From contig CAUYUJ010000296.1 in assembly GCA_963575745.1 (NCBI GenBank), positions 1-63,908 of the forward strand: 63,908 bases of DNA, read 5' to 3'. This document shows, one piece after another, positions 48,920-62,490 of this stretch. How positions within the stretch are numbered: position 1 is the stretch's first letter; each line of letters starts with the position of its first letter. The DNA is from Prorocentrum cordatum (Eukaryota). A program made the translations under genes and the position numbers. The notes below the pieces were generated by a model, which worked only from the letters and a program-made list of their open reading frames with translations, was not told where the DNA came from and did no database searches.

Positions 48920-51900
48920 GGATAATTCCCTTAGGCGCCGCACCAGTGCAATCCGGAACGCTCTCAATGCCTCCAGCGGCCACGCGACCACTTTCTGGGA
49001 GAAACAGTGGCCGGCGGCAAATTTCCCCCAAAATGGTCGCCCCGCCTGTTCATCAACAAAGGGGAAAGGAGGAGAGGGGAGGCCAACACGAGGAGGAAGA
49101 GGGGCAGACATGGAGTGAACAAGGCATTGCGCCCACGGCGCACTTTTTGCACGCGAGTATGGCAGCCTGCCGTGCCCGTTCCAGGGCGGCAGCGGACGGG
49201 CGCTCTTCGCCCTTGACCTTGTTGTAAAGGTGGAATGCCAACACATCTCGTCGAATGGCGGCTCGGCGAGTGAGCGGGCCAGAAGGAGCGGAGAAAATAT
49301 CTAGGGCCCAACGTTGAATGTGATCGGCAGGAGTCGGAGTCAAGGGAGGAAGAGAGGAGGCCAATGAGGCAGCGGCACCCGAAATAGTGACGGAAGTCGT
49401 CGAAGGCACCTTGGCCAGGGCACCCGAATCGGCAGATTCGCCTGCGAAGGACGTGCATGCGGCCGCGTGTCGTCCAGCCGCCGCACACCGCTTGGAGGAA
49501 AGCTCAGCGCCAGGACGGTCGCACCTGCGGCAGTTCCCCCCGGAGCCTCCTCTCGGCCACCGCCCTGGGCGCTGCTCCGCCGTGCCATGCGCGGAGGCGG
49601 CGGTGAAGGGGGGGGGTGGAGGCCATCAGGGAATCGGGCAAGAAAGATCGCGCAATGGCGCGCTGGATGGGTGGCTTCCTACGCGTCGCCGCTGCCGCTG
49701 CCTGCCGGCGCTCGTCCCGCGCCGATTGCCGCGCGCGCTGGAGCTCCTGTGCACGAAGTGGCGGCAGGTCCTTGTCGCCTTCCGCCGCCTCGGCCAGGTG
49801 CCGGGCAAAGGCCGTCGGGCCCTCCCACAAGCGCGGCGACCACTCCCCCTTCCCTGAAACCCATGAGGAAAGCACCATCTTCTGGCGCGCTCCGCAGACG
49901 CTCCAGGGCCGGCCTCCGGCCCGGGAGAGTGTGCAGCGCCATGCGGGTACGCGCAGCGGCGGTCGCGTCTTCCAGGGCAGGGGCGGCGCCCGCTGGGAGC
50001 CACGTGGCAACACTCGAGAGTTCAGAGCGTGCAAACGAGCTGGGAGGGAGCTTGAGGAGTGAGTGGAGGGCAAAGGACTCCGATCGAGCCATCCGAGGAA
50101 GAGGCGCACAATGGGCTACGTGCGAGTGTCGATGCCGCGTAGGATGCATACAAACGGACTGCGCTGTTGGGCGGGGCGTTGGTCGCTGGAATCTGGTGCG
50201 CGCGGCTCCGCCACTTGCGCCGTGGGCCGTGCCGCTGCGAAGCTCGATCGGCGCCCGGTCCCACGAACAAGCCTAAGTGGCGAGCGTGCGAAGCAATCTT
50301 GAATCTCCCCCACTCCTCGCCTAGCAGACGCAGTTTCTCCGAGAGCCGAGCCACGACGGGAGGTGTCTGGGGCGCGTGGATCGGCGCAACTGCACATGTG
50401 GTGGCCTGCAGCGCCAAGCCAGCAAGGCGCCTCGCGGCGCAGGAAGGGGCTTACAGGAGGCTCAGAGCACGGATGTCGTAGCTGACGATGCCCGCGTCGT
50501 CCGTGCAGCCACCGACGTAGCCGTCTTGCGGTGTCGGGAACGCCGCGCAAATGGAGCGCAAGACGGGGTCCATAGCCGCGGCCCGCGCCGCTCCAGATAC
50601 CGGGCGTTCAAGCAGAAATCGGGGTCGGCGCCTGGCTGCGCGGATCCATGTCATCGGCTGGTAGGGCGAGGCGTTGGGCGTCCAGAGGTGTTCGATCGGT
50701 GGGCCCAACCGCCGAGGAGCGCGCGTGGGCCAGGCCCGGGGCGAGCCGGGAAAGGCGGCGGCGAAGTCGTAGCTCGTGCAGGTCGGCGTCCGTTCCTCGG
50801 CCCTCGGCAGGGTGCCGGCGCGGCGCGCCTCTGAGTCCAGGGCCGCTGCGCGGCTGCAGGAATGCCGATCGTGCACGAAGCCCTTTTGCGACTCGCACGA
50901 CCGCTCCTGCGCCGGGCCGCGGCGCTTGGCGAACATCGTGCTGGCGAGAGCTTTGGTGTCGGTGTTTTCGAGCATGGGGGTGCGATGAGCGTCTGGCGCG
51001 CGGAGCGCCGCGACGGCGTCTTCCACGAGCTCTCCATTGGGGGTGCAGGCCACGTCCGCATGGTTGGGGTGGAACGGGGCGTCGCCTCCCGAATGCAAGT
51101 GCGCCTGCAGGTCCATCGGGATTCGCAGGAAAGCGGGGTACTGGAGCTACGCGTCATAGGTGAGGCCATCTGGCCCTGCCTGCGATCGATGCGCTGTTCT
51201 GAGCGCGGCCTTCACCTCGGCCTCGGAGGGCGCCGCCAAGTCCAAGACGTCGCCGGCAGGCATGTGCAGGTTGATGCAGGCCTCGATCTCCTCCTCGGAC
51301 GCGGACGGTTTCATGGAGATAGGGCCCCAGTGATTCCTGATAGCGTTGAGCATGGACTGGGGGTCGGTGGCAATCTAGTATCCAGACGATGAGTCGCCGA
51401 CGCGGAAGCCCGCAAGGGCGATCCTGCGCCGGAAGGGGGCTCAAGCGAGGGCGCGCTGCATCGCTGCGCGCTCGGCTCGTCGCATGCCCTCCGCTTTCCA
51501 GAGGTTGATTGGCGGCCCGCGCTTCACGAGCTCGGCGTGCGGCAACCTCGCGAAGGCGGATCTGCTCCGTTTCGGTGGCGGCTTTGGCAAACTCCGGCGG
51601 GTTGGTGAGCACCGCGGCGCCGTCCGCCACATCGATGTGCATGGCACCCACATCGGTGGAGTTCCTGAGGTGGGCAACCCGGACGTCCTGCCTCCAGCGC
51701 GCCCGCGCAGGGGCCCAGAGCATGGCCAGGCGCCCCTGCTTGGCCAGCGGCGTGGGGTCGTCGCCGGAGAGCCGGTGCGAGTGTTCGCGGACGATTTGCG
51801 CGGCCAGCCTCATGAGTTGCTTGTGGCATTGCCAACGCTGCACCGCGGGCAAGTGGTCCTGGTGCGACATGTCTGAGAGCTGGCCGAACTCGGCGCCAAA

Positions 51901-53340
51901 CCGGGGGCTCTTAAAAATTGAAGCAGGGAGGGGGCGATCCGCAGGCGGCAGCCCCGTCTGGAAGCCCAGACTGAGGCGAACCGCCGCGTGATCACTCAAC
52001 CGAAAGTCTGACATCCCTGCCTCATCTTGAAGTAGCTCCGCCTGCATGTCGAGCTGCGCACGGTCGTTCGTGGGGGGGCTGAGGAAGATTCGGTCCAAGA
52101 AGTTCGCGGAGTAGTGCTGGCGATCGAAGTGGGTCGGGGTGTCCATAACAATTTCCAACATCATGTCAAACAAGCGTTGCCACGAAAACGCATGGGCATG
52201 ATGGCCACCTCGGGGTCGCAGCGCAGCACGGCGAGGACTCGGGTGCTCGTTGCTCTGCGGGACCGTCTCACCGATGTTGAAGTCGCCCGCTGCAGTGGAA
52301 AACCTGTGCGGCTAGTCCTGGGCGGCCCACGCCACCGCCTGGCGCCAGCATCGGCCGATGTCCTGCCGTGCCCGCTCCATCAGTTCATAGTTGTGCACGT
52401 TGAGCAGCCGGATCTTGAGATGGGAGTCCTTGTGGCTGAAGTCGTGGAGCAAGGCGCGGCCATGGGCGAGCAGGTCATGGCGTGCCTGGACGGGCTGCCC
52501 GGCGCGCAGGTTGCGCGGCCAGAGCGTGGCCGCGCCGCCAGCGCTCGCCGACAAGAACGAAGCGTGGAAGTCGCACTCGAAAGGCTGAGCGGCAAGCCAT
52601 TGTTCGAGGACCACTTCGGAGCCGTGGACGTCCTGATGACGACGACAGCTCCGCGGCGCATGTGCTCGTAGAGCACGCTCAGCTTGCGGAGACGCCGCAT
52701 GCGCCGATAGCACAGACGGTCATTGGCGTTCCAGCTCACCACTTCTGCCTTCGCGGGGGGGCCTGCCGAGCTCCAGGGGGCGAAGCGGTCGTTAAACACG
52801 CCACTCCACCGTATCCGTCGAAACAGTGGATGCGCGGAACTTTCGGAGGACCGCTGCTTTGTCCAGCTGCAGGTGGGCAGCGGCGTCATTGTTCCGCTGG
52901 ACTTTGGTGTCGTCGTCCTGACCGCGGACCTCCAGACGGACCGCCGGCGTCCCCGCACAATGGACCTCGCCGCGAGCTCGCACCGCCCGCCACGAGTGCT
53001 GCGCGGCGACCTTCTGGAGAGCGAGCTGCATCTTCCTCGTGTGGATCTCCTTGCGTATCGTGGGCGCTGTCTTGTTTGGGTTGACGAAGAGGCGGATGGG
53101 GGCGTTGTCCACGTCTGTGGTCTCGAAGGCGCGCCACCCAAAGCTCTCCCAGATGTCCTTTCCCAGCGCCAGGGCACGGGGCAGTGCGACGGGGGACCCG
53201 CCCTTTGCACGCAGCCAAAAGCGTCAGGCGGGAATGTTGCCGTAGAACTCCACCATGTCTGGGGAAAGCTGGGCCGCAGCGATCCAGCTAGCCAGCGCCC
53301 GCCGTACACTATCAGGAGCAGCATGGCGAGGGCACGACAT
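48920..53340 (-). mobile_element. Degenerate non-LTR retrotransposon (LINE): ORF1 3' part, APE endonuclease, reverse transcriptase, C-terminal zinc knuckle
   Basis: Motifs in canonical order across frameshifts: VVSWNAN (~52735), NVHN, GDFNI (~52280), LDRIF, SDHAAV (~51990), AGPDG (~51170), QKGFV, DFAAAFP (~50760), CTDD (~50495), GLFVGP, GGWTTRGRMH..CRFGC..DDFRHY (~49430). Confidence 0.9.
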
Positions 53341-56102
53341 CGAGAACAGCGTGGGGTCCACCTCCCTGTCCTCCTCCAGGAGGAGGAGGAGGAGGAGGAG
53401 GAGGAGGAGGAGGAGGAGGAGGAGGAGGAGGGAGGAGGAGGAGGAGGAGGAGGAGGAGAGGAGGAGGAGGAGGAGGAGGAGGAGGAGGAGGAGGAGGAGG
53501 AGGAGGAGGGAGGAGGGAGGGAGGAGGAGGAGGAGGAGGAGGAGGAGGAGGAGGAGGAGGAGAGGAGGAGGAGGAGGAGGGAGGAGGAGGAGGAGGAGGA
53601 GGGAGGAGGAGGAGGAGGAGGAGGAGGAGGGGAGGAGGAGGAGAGAGGAGGAGGAGGAGGAGGAGGAGGAGGAGGAGGAGGAGGAGGAGGAGGAGGAGGA
53701 GAGGAGGATGGCGCCTGTCTTGCCTCGCCCTGTGTCCTTCCAAGCTCACCTTCCACGGCTCTGGCTCTCCAATCTCCTCTGCGAACCCTGCCTTACCACC
53801 TTTTGTGCTGGGCCCCCGGTCACCACTGGGAGGCCCAAGGGGAAGCGGTCGGGCGGCCCACTATCCTCCTGGATCCTCCTCTTCCTCCTCCTCCTCCTCC
53901 TCCTCCTCCCCAGCTCGAGCCGAAGAGAGCTGATCTAGCTTTTTTCTCCCCCTCCTCCTCCTCCTCCTCCTGCTCCTCCTCCTCCTCCTCTTCCACTTTC
54001 GCCACTTCTTCGTTCTCATGTCCCAAGTCTTCGTTCCTCTTTCCTGTTCCGATCTCTCCCAGTCCCCCACACCCAGGAGGCGGGCGGGTACTGTTTAGGG
54101 TCTCCGCTGCAAGAACGAGCCCCGCCCTGTGCGCGGGGACCAACTCCTGCGCGGTCCTGCTGCCAGTCGGCGCCTACTCAGCCGAGAATAGAATTCGAGA
54201 AGCAGTGCTGGTGAGACCGCTCGATTAGCGAGACCATGCCGACCTTCCCACCCAAGTCCTCACAGTTCCGCCGCAACCCCTCCTCCCCACATCTGTCTCT
54301 CTCTCTCTCTCTCTTTCTCTCTCTTTCTGTGTCTCTCTATCTCTCTCTCTCTTGCCTCCTCCTCCCTCGTCCTCCGCCGTTCCCTGCCCCGACCCTCCCT
54401 GCTACTCTCCTTCCTCGACGCTGTCCTGCCCCGTCCCGCCTTCCGTCTTCCCTCCTCCGCTCTCCCTTCATCCTTCCTGGCTCCCTCCTCCCTCCTCGCT
54501 GTTGTCTTGCCTGGTCCCGACCTCCGTCTTCCCTCCTCCGTTCCTGGTTCCATCCCTTCCCGACTCCCTACTCGCTCTTGCCTCCGTTCAGCCCCTCCCC
54601 TCCTGCGGACGCTCCCCCCCTCCTTCCCTCTCGCTCGGCCCCCAACCGCCCTGCTCTCCCATTTGCCTGCTGCCAAGGGGCCACCCATTCCGCACCCATC
54701 CCCGTCTACCGATGCAATTATCAATATACCTTTGCGGCTTCACTCGGAATACGCTTGCGATTGCGTGTCCCGCATAATGTCTACACGATTACCTTGTACG
54801 CAAACCTGTTTTCGAAATCGCACTTTTATGTGCTGCTGTACTCATGCCACTCAGATCCGTCTCTATCATGTATACACACTCACGGTCGTGTTCCATACCT
54901 TGTGTTCGCATTACCGTTTTCATTGTTGTTGCGTGTTTTTATTGTTGTAATTGAACTAACGATTGTTGTGGTTGGTGATCTTGAGCTCCCACTTCTGAAG
55001 AATAAATATGTCTCATCCCCCTCCGATAACCAATGTCTTTTTTCAATTGAAGTGCCCCTCCTGGGGCTCGCACCCGGCTTTTATCAGGGGAAGTGTGGTG
55101 CCACCGAACTGCGCCACTGGCCCCCGACTTACAACAACAACTGCTCCCGTCTGATACTTCCCCACACTCAATTCAAAAGTCGCGCTTCCCCTGGAGACGT
55201 CCTGAACATTTGCTCTGGAATCGCGCTTTCGCTCGGGACTTCCTCGCAATGGATTCAAACGCCGCGCCTCGACACTCAGGAATCACGCTCTCGCTTGGAA
55301 CATGCTGACGGGTCATGCATGACCCATGCTGCATCGGCCCGCCCGCTCGACCTGCCCGTCTGCGTCGTCCGCCCGACCCGCCCGTTGGGGCCCCCAATCG
55401 CCCCTTGCTGTCTTCCGCCCGCCTTCCATGTCCCTCGCTGCCCTTCGTGGCCCCGCTGTCGCCCTTCGTGGCCCCATTGCTGCCCTTACTGGCCACGTTA
55501 CTACCTGAAGTGGCCCCCTCGATGTCTTTGTTGTGGCCCCACATACGTATGCCCTTCGTGGCCCCCGTTCGCCCGCGCCCTTCGTGGCCCCCTTGCTGCC
55601 CTTCGTGGCCTCGATGTCGCCCTTTGTGGCCCCGCTGCTGCCCTTCACGGCCCCGTTGCTGCCCTCAGTGGCCGCTTCGCTGCCCCGTGTGGCCCCATAT
55701 ACCTATGCCCTTCGTGGCCCCCGCTCGCTCGCCCCCTTCGTCGCCCCCTCGCCCTTACTTGGAACTCGCGCTATCGCTCGAGACATCCTCGCGATTCATG
55801 CAGGACTCACGCTTCAACAACCCGCCTGCTCGACCTGGCCGCCTGGGCCCGCCCTCCGACCCGCCCGTTAGTGTCTCCCCGCCCGATCAACCCGTCTGGT
55901 TCTGCCACGTTTTTTCTACTCCTAGGCCCCCCCCTGCTAATCTCTCTCGTGCTCCATCCATCTCCCTGCCCCTCCATCTGTACTCTCATCCTTTTCGGCG
56001 ACACTGGGGGTACGATCGAAGACGAAGAGGGCGGGTATCGATGGTTTGGGATATACGTGTTTTATGGCACGCGAGCAGGTAAGAACGAACAATCTAAGCA
56101 TG

Positions 56103-56164
<62 letters not shown>

Positions 56165-57309
56165 CGTTGACGTTAACTGCTGCTGTCGTTGTTGAACTCT
56201 CATTTCTTAAACCTGATTTTTTGTTGATCCCCCCTCCGGTAACCGTTGTATTTTTCAATTGAACTGCCCGCTCCTCCCTGCCGACCTGCTGATTACCAGC
56301 ATCTTCCTTGCCACGGTGTGCGCTCGCACACGTTCGTGCTCGCGCCGCATTCGTTGGCTCGCGTGGCTCGGCTCAGCCGAGCGGGACAAAGCCCGAAGCT
56401 GCCTACCTCTAGTAGGTACCTAAAGCAGCTTCCGTGCTGCACGTCTTGCAGCGGAAATATATAGGAGGGCGCCAACTGCACACCGGCACCGATCCTGGCC
56501 GGCGCGATCCTGCGCCCAAGATCGGTGCACATGCCTTCATTTCGGAGGCGTCCAAGAGGGGGGCGTCCAAGAGGGGGGGGCGCAAATCATGGCCGGCGGC
56601 ATGTGCGCGGCCCACGGGGGGGGGGCCGGGGACATATTGAAATAAGAACTGGCGCCATGAAATCTGGGGAGATATCATGGCCCCCGCCATGATATCCGCC
56701 CCCCCTTGTCATCACCCCCCTCTTTGCCGCCCCAGATTACTGGCCAAGTGCACCGACCATGAGCCCGAGACTCGTCTGGCCAGGATCGGGGCAGCAAACA
56801 CAAATCGCTAGCGCCTCTCGAGGAGGAGGCAACTGGAAACACACGGGCGACAACGAGTGCGGACGCGACGACCTCACGCGATGACTTAAAACAGCGACAA
56901 GTACAACGCACTGGGTGTGTGGAGGAGAAAGCGCTCGCGGCAATCCTCCCGCGGACCGGTCATGCGTGATTATCCGCGATGCCGACCTCTTTTGTTATGT
57001 CGCGCAGCTGGAAAGGGAAGAGGACCAGGATCATATAGGAGGATAAGTAGAATAATCATAATACATAATCCGCCGGCCCCCTTGTGGGGCCACCAGGCTG
57101 TAGGCTGGGAATTCGCAGTTTCCTGTACCAGTTGCAGCTTCCAGTTTCCACTGTTACAATTCTGCTCCTTGCTGCTTACTGTTGCTTTTTGACTTCTTGC
57201 TGCTTACTCTTCCTTGTTGATGGACCGCGCGAGGGGGGGAGGCCCAGAACGGGCATTTTTACCACGGCCAAAACGTATGCTCTGAATTGCTTGGGTGGGT
57301 AAAAAATCA

Positions 57310-58022
57310 CACCCCTCACGCAGATCGGCGGGGTCAGGGTCCAAAAACACATGGGATTTGCAACATTTCTGAAATTCGGTGGCAATCCTCACGCAGATCG
57401 GCGGGGTCAGGGTCCAAAAACAAACGGGATTCGGCACATTTCTGACATTCGGTGGCACCCCTCACGCAGATCGGCGGGGTCAGGTCCAAAGCACAAGGGG
57501 TTTGCCACATTTCTGAAATTCGGTGCACCCCTCACGCAGACCGGCGGGGTCAGGGTCCAAAAACATATGGGATTTGCAACATGTTTGAAATTCGGTGGCA
57601 CCCCTCACGCAGATCGGCGGGGTCAGGGTCCAAAAACACATGGAATTTGTAACATTTCTGACATTCGGTGGCACCTCTCACGCAGATCGGAGGGGTCAGG
57701 GTCCAAAAACACAAGGGGTTTGCCACATTTCTGACATTCGGTGGCACCCCTCACGCAGATCGGCGGGGTCAGGGTCCAAAAACATAAGGGGTTTGCCACA
57801 TGTTTGAAATTCGGTGGAACCCATCACGCAGATCGGCGGGGCCAGGGTCCCAAAACTCAGGGGATTTGTAGCATTTCTGAAATCCAGTGGCACCCCTCAC
57901 GCAGATCGGCGGGGTCAGGGTCCCAAAACACATGGGATTTGCCACATTTCTAAAATTTGCTGGCACCCCTCACGCAGATCGGCGGGGGAAGGGTCCAAAA
58001 ACACATGGGATTTTCCACATTT
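57310..58022 (+). repeat. 73-bp tandem array, 10 units
   Basis: CACCCCTCACGCAGATCGGCGGGGTCAGGGTCCAAAAAC... recurs every ~73 nt. Confidence 0.97.
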
Positions 58023-61000
58023 GAGTACAACAACAGACTCGCAATCTCCATTCGTCTTGCCAATTACCCATCGTCTTCGCATGAAGTTCCGACGCTGCTT
58101 CACGGTGAAGCCAAAGCCTCATGACTTCGCTCTTCCATGGCCCATTCTCCGAGAGAGGGGGCCGGCGGCAGGGGGCGAAGCCCTTACGGATGATGATGAT
58201 ACGATGACGAGAGCTATTCTAGGATGTGCCAACGAAATTGAAATACGCCCTTCCGGCTGAAACCACCCTCCCCAGAATTACCTAAACGCTTTCCGTCTCA
58301 CCGCAAGAAGCGCCCATGAAAGAAGAACGCTCAATGCAATTGCCGTTTGGTTGAGTGCCCTGCTTTTGAAAGGAACTGCCCTCCGTCCTTTAATCATTGA
58401 ACAAAGGTGTGACACCAGAGACACAAACGAACTGTCAAACGACAATAACACTGTGCACAGAGATCGCCTTCCATCCGTGCGATTCATTCACAAACCCCGC
58501 CCTCTTGTCACAGACATTGATGACATGTCGGGCGACCGCTACGTGTTCAAGGGCAACCGCCCTTCTCTCGTAGAACTGTTGGAGGGTTATCAAGCGAAGG
58601 CGCACGGCTTTGAAGTAAGAACGACACTATGAACGCTGGATGCTGCTGGATTCTTGTGCGACGAATGTGCAGGGCGCTGAGGCGATAACCATGTGTTGAA
58701 CACAATTATCCATTGTAACTCTTGGCAGTTTCTAGCTCCAGAGTCAGACAGCAAGATCACCTCAAGCAAAATGCCTGAACCGCCCTACCGACATGAGCGG
58801 CGATACGACGAGGAGGGGCGCTTTACGAGGAACAGTTGATGGAAGAGGACGAGGAGGATCAGGAGGAGATAGCAATCAACAGCTGCGAGGAAAATTTATT
58901 GAAGAGGACGGGGAGGACCAGGAGGAGATGACAATCAATAGCTACTAGGAAACATTGATGGAAGAGGACGAGGAGGAGCAGGAGGAGATGGCAATCCACA
59001 ACTGCCTCCAGGCCCGCAGCGCAGCCTGGCAGGAGAGACAACGACATCGTGGTGCAACTGATTAGAGGCCTCCTGGATGGGGTCCGAATAGGTGGGGTCG
59101 GAGGATCGCGCCGCATCGCCGATACATTGGCGATGTATCGGCGATCGAGCGGTGATAAATCGGCGACGTCGGCGTGGGAAAACACGGGCTCCGCATCGAG
59201 CCGCATCGGCGATGCATCGGCGATGTGGCGCGATCCTCCGACCTCATCTACTCGGAACCCATCTAGGAGGCCTAGAGTTAGGTCGGGCGTGTCCTCCTAC
59301 AGGGGGTTTTGACAAACAACAGCAAGATAGCCAAGAAATACACCAAAATGGTCAAACATAGTCACAACATCGTCCCCAGACAATTGCTTTTGGACTATTT
59401 TTGAATATTCCTCCTGTAGGGGGACAGGCCCGACTGAGATCTACTCGGAACCCATCTGGGAGGCCCAGCGGCCCGCAGCGCAGCCCGGCAGGAGAGACGG
59501 CAGCGCCGCGGCGCGGCCGCTGGCGGGGGGGAGCCCCCTCCCCGCTCCACGACCCCTGCGGGGGAGAGCCCCGAAGCGAAGCGACGAGTCGTGTCGGCGA
59601 TCGGAGTGCATCGGATCGGCGGACATCGGCAGCCCAATGTGCCTTCCTTCGGAAGGCGGAGCCCGAATCGGAATACGAAGTCGGATTAATTCAGAATCGG
59701 AACGACTCGGAGGAACCGAAATGAGCCCTGCCTGCGGAGGACAGCACAACCCACCCCAACCCCGGCCTTGGGTCGGGCATGTCCTCCTGCCGGCGGATAT
59801 CGGAGGGAAAAACGAAAGCAGTCAAAAAATCAGCACACATAGTCAACGAATAGACAAAACATCGTGCCCAGACTATTTTTGTACCATTATTGAATATTCC
59901 TCCTGTGTAGGGACATGCCCGACCTAAACCAACCCCCAGTCAGGAACCCCCCTCGACCTGGTTATCCAAGGGGGTCCTGGGTGCTTCTTCTGCGCTTCTT
60001 GGGTGCCGAAAAACCGAGGACGGGCAATTGTGGAGGAAGAGGGAGGAGGACATCGAGGAGGAGAGGACTATGGGGCGTGAACATTCCCAAGTTTCGTGTG
60101 GCAGAACGCATGCTCCACAATGGCCTGGCCTCAAAAACCACCCGACCTGGCGATCCAGAGGGTCCTGACCGGGGATGCGGTGGGTTGTGCTGTCCTCACC
60201 TGTCCCCGCGCTGCTCCACCGCCTCCTGATCCTCTCCTTCCTGTAGGCAACTTCGGGAAACCGTGGTGGCTTATGCTCGTGTGGGGACGGAAGCTCGACG
60301 CCACCGACGCTGCAGTCGTCGTGATGCCCCAAGGAAGTCTGCATCCCGAATCAGGAACGAAGGGGCCCCCCTCCTCGACATCCTCCTCCTCCTCCTCCTC
60401 CTCCTCCTCCTCCTGCTCCTCCCTCCTCGCGGGCGTGAACACCAACCACTCCAGCTCCAGCATACTCACCGCACGCCCTGGACGTCTCTACTCCGCTGTG
60501 GGTCGGGGGAATGACGCACGCTCCTCGAACAAGGAACGGAGGGGCTCTTCTGGCCGCGGTGAGCCTCGGTCACGAACAGATCACCCGAACAGGAACACCA
60601 GGACCCCTTCTGAGCCCAACATGTTACTCGCTACAGCGTCTGAACTGTAGGGGTGAACGCGGATGACGATGAGCAAACTGCGTTCGGCACCTCTGGGGCC
60701 CCCGACCCTCGATCTTGTCTAGACCAGCGCTTTCTCCCAGAATGCCAACTGCGGCATCCCCAAGATGGTGGCGGAAATCGACCAACGCTTAGGTGGGCGC
60801 CCATAATTTGCCCCCTCCTCATCAGACTCCTTCACACCGTCCTCCCTTTCCCCACAAAGCGAGGCCCGCGGCATGCTGTGCCCCGAGACAAAACATCAGC
60901 GCAGGCCCAGCTCACTCCTCCACCATCTCCACCAAGAGGGAAGTCCCACTTGTGAGGCCTGCCGATCCAAGCGTAGCGCTGCGGTCCTGAAGGGGAGTGA

Positions 61001-62334
61001 GCATTTCTCAAGGGGGCGCTGCGTCACTTCCACCGCCTTTCGCGCCCATTTTTGCTTATCCATCCTTGGGGCTGCGCCCGTATCGCGTTCGCCCGCTGCT
61101 GCGAAGCCTCCGCAAGCATCGGCTAAGAAGCTCGTAGAAACGTCCTCTGGGCAACTGTATCCAGCACGTCCACGGAATCTTCCCGAAGGAATGTTGGCGG
61201 CCACGGCTGCACCTTGGCATCTGGCATATCACACCGCGCACCACAGCTGCGACTGCACCAAGGCCCGGTCAGAATTCTGCGCGGTGAGGAGATCTGAAGC
61301 CCCCGGACGCCCGCAGTGAAACCGACGAAGCTGGAAGCCCATGGCCTGGGGCTAAGGGCTTTGGGATGGGCCGTGAGGGAAGGATGCAAAAGCACCCTCC
61401 CTCCGAAAAACAACTAATCCTTGTGACGCGCCTACAAGTGCTCCTCCTCATCCTCCCCCCTCTCCTCCTCCTCCTCCTTCTCGTCGTCGTCGTCGTCGTC
61501 CGTTGTCCTCCTCCTCCTCCCTCCTCCTCCTCCTCCTCCTCCTCCTCCTCCCCCCCTCCCCCTCCTCCTCCTCCTCCCCCTCCTCCTCCTCCTCCTCCTC
61601 CTCCTCCTCTTCCTCCTTTCCTCCTCCTCCTCCTCCTCGTCCTCGTCCCACCCCTCTCCTCCTCCTCCTCCTCCTCCTCCTCCCTCCTCCTCCTCCTCCT
61701 CCTCCCCCTCCCCCCCTCCTCCCCCCCCCCTCACTCCCCCTGCTCCCCCTCCTTCCCCCATACCTCCTCCTCCCCTCCTCCTCCCTCCCTCCTCCTCCTC
61801 CCCTCCTCTCCCCCTCCTCCTCCTCCTCCTCCTCCTCCCTCCTCCTCCTCCTCCTCCCTCCTCCTCCTCCTCCTCCTCCCCCAACCTCCTCCTCCTCTCC
61901 TCCTCCCTTCTCCTCCTCCTCCTCCTTCCTCCTTCTCCTCCTCCGCCCCTCCGCCCCCGCCCTCCGCCCTCCGCCCTCCTCCCCCTCCTCCTCCTCCTCC
62001 TCCTCCTCCTCCTCCTCCTCCTCCTCCGCCGGTCCTGGGCGGAGGGTGACACGCAGGAGGGAGGGATTGAGGCTGAGCTGGCGGCAGGCTGCCACCCAGC
62101 TGGTGATGTGGTGCACGCTGTGTGGTGCACTCTCAATCCAGCGGAGGGCTGAGTGAGGGTGAGGCCGAAGTGCAACGGCGTCCCCCCGCCGGGAGATCGG
62201 TCTCGGCTTCGTGCTCGTGTCGCGCGTGCGAGGCCCGGCTGCGTGCGCGGGGGATGGGGTTTTGATCCTGCCGCTGCTGGGGCGACATCGAGACACATGG
62301 TGTTTGTTCCCGGCCTGGTTGGCGGCTTGGGCCC

Positions 62335-62490
62335 GCGGTTGTCCCGCGATCGTCCCGTGGTTATCCCGCGGTTGTTGCCTGAGTGTCCTGTGGTTGTCCC
62401 GATGGTTGTCCCGATGGTTGTCCAGATGGTTGTTCGGACGGTTGTCTGGGTGGTTGCCCCGGTGGTTGTCTCGATGGTTGTCCCGATAGG
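62335..62490. repeat. 12-bp minisatellite (GGTTGTCCCGAT)n
   Basis: Direct reading. Confidence 0.85.

Noticed and set aside
52723..54228. 501-aa plus-strand ORF
   Set aside because: It is the antisense shadow of the LINE plus a (GAG)n tract.
54236..56170. 644-aa ORF (and the similar 40721-41827 ORF)
   Set aside because: It runs through pyrimidine tracts and the element-F minisatellite, and the frame is not conserved between F copies.
57310..58022. CRISPR-like array (38-nt constant part plus 35-nt variable part, with a leader)
   Set aside because: The variable parts are point variants of one sequence, not unique spacers; there are no cas genes and the context is eukaryotic.
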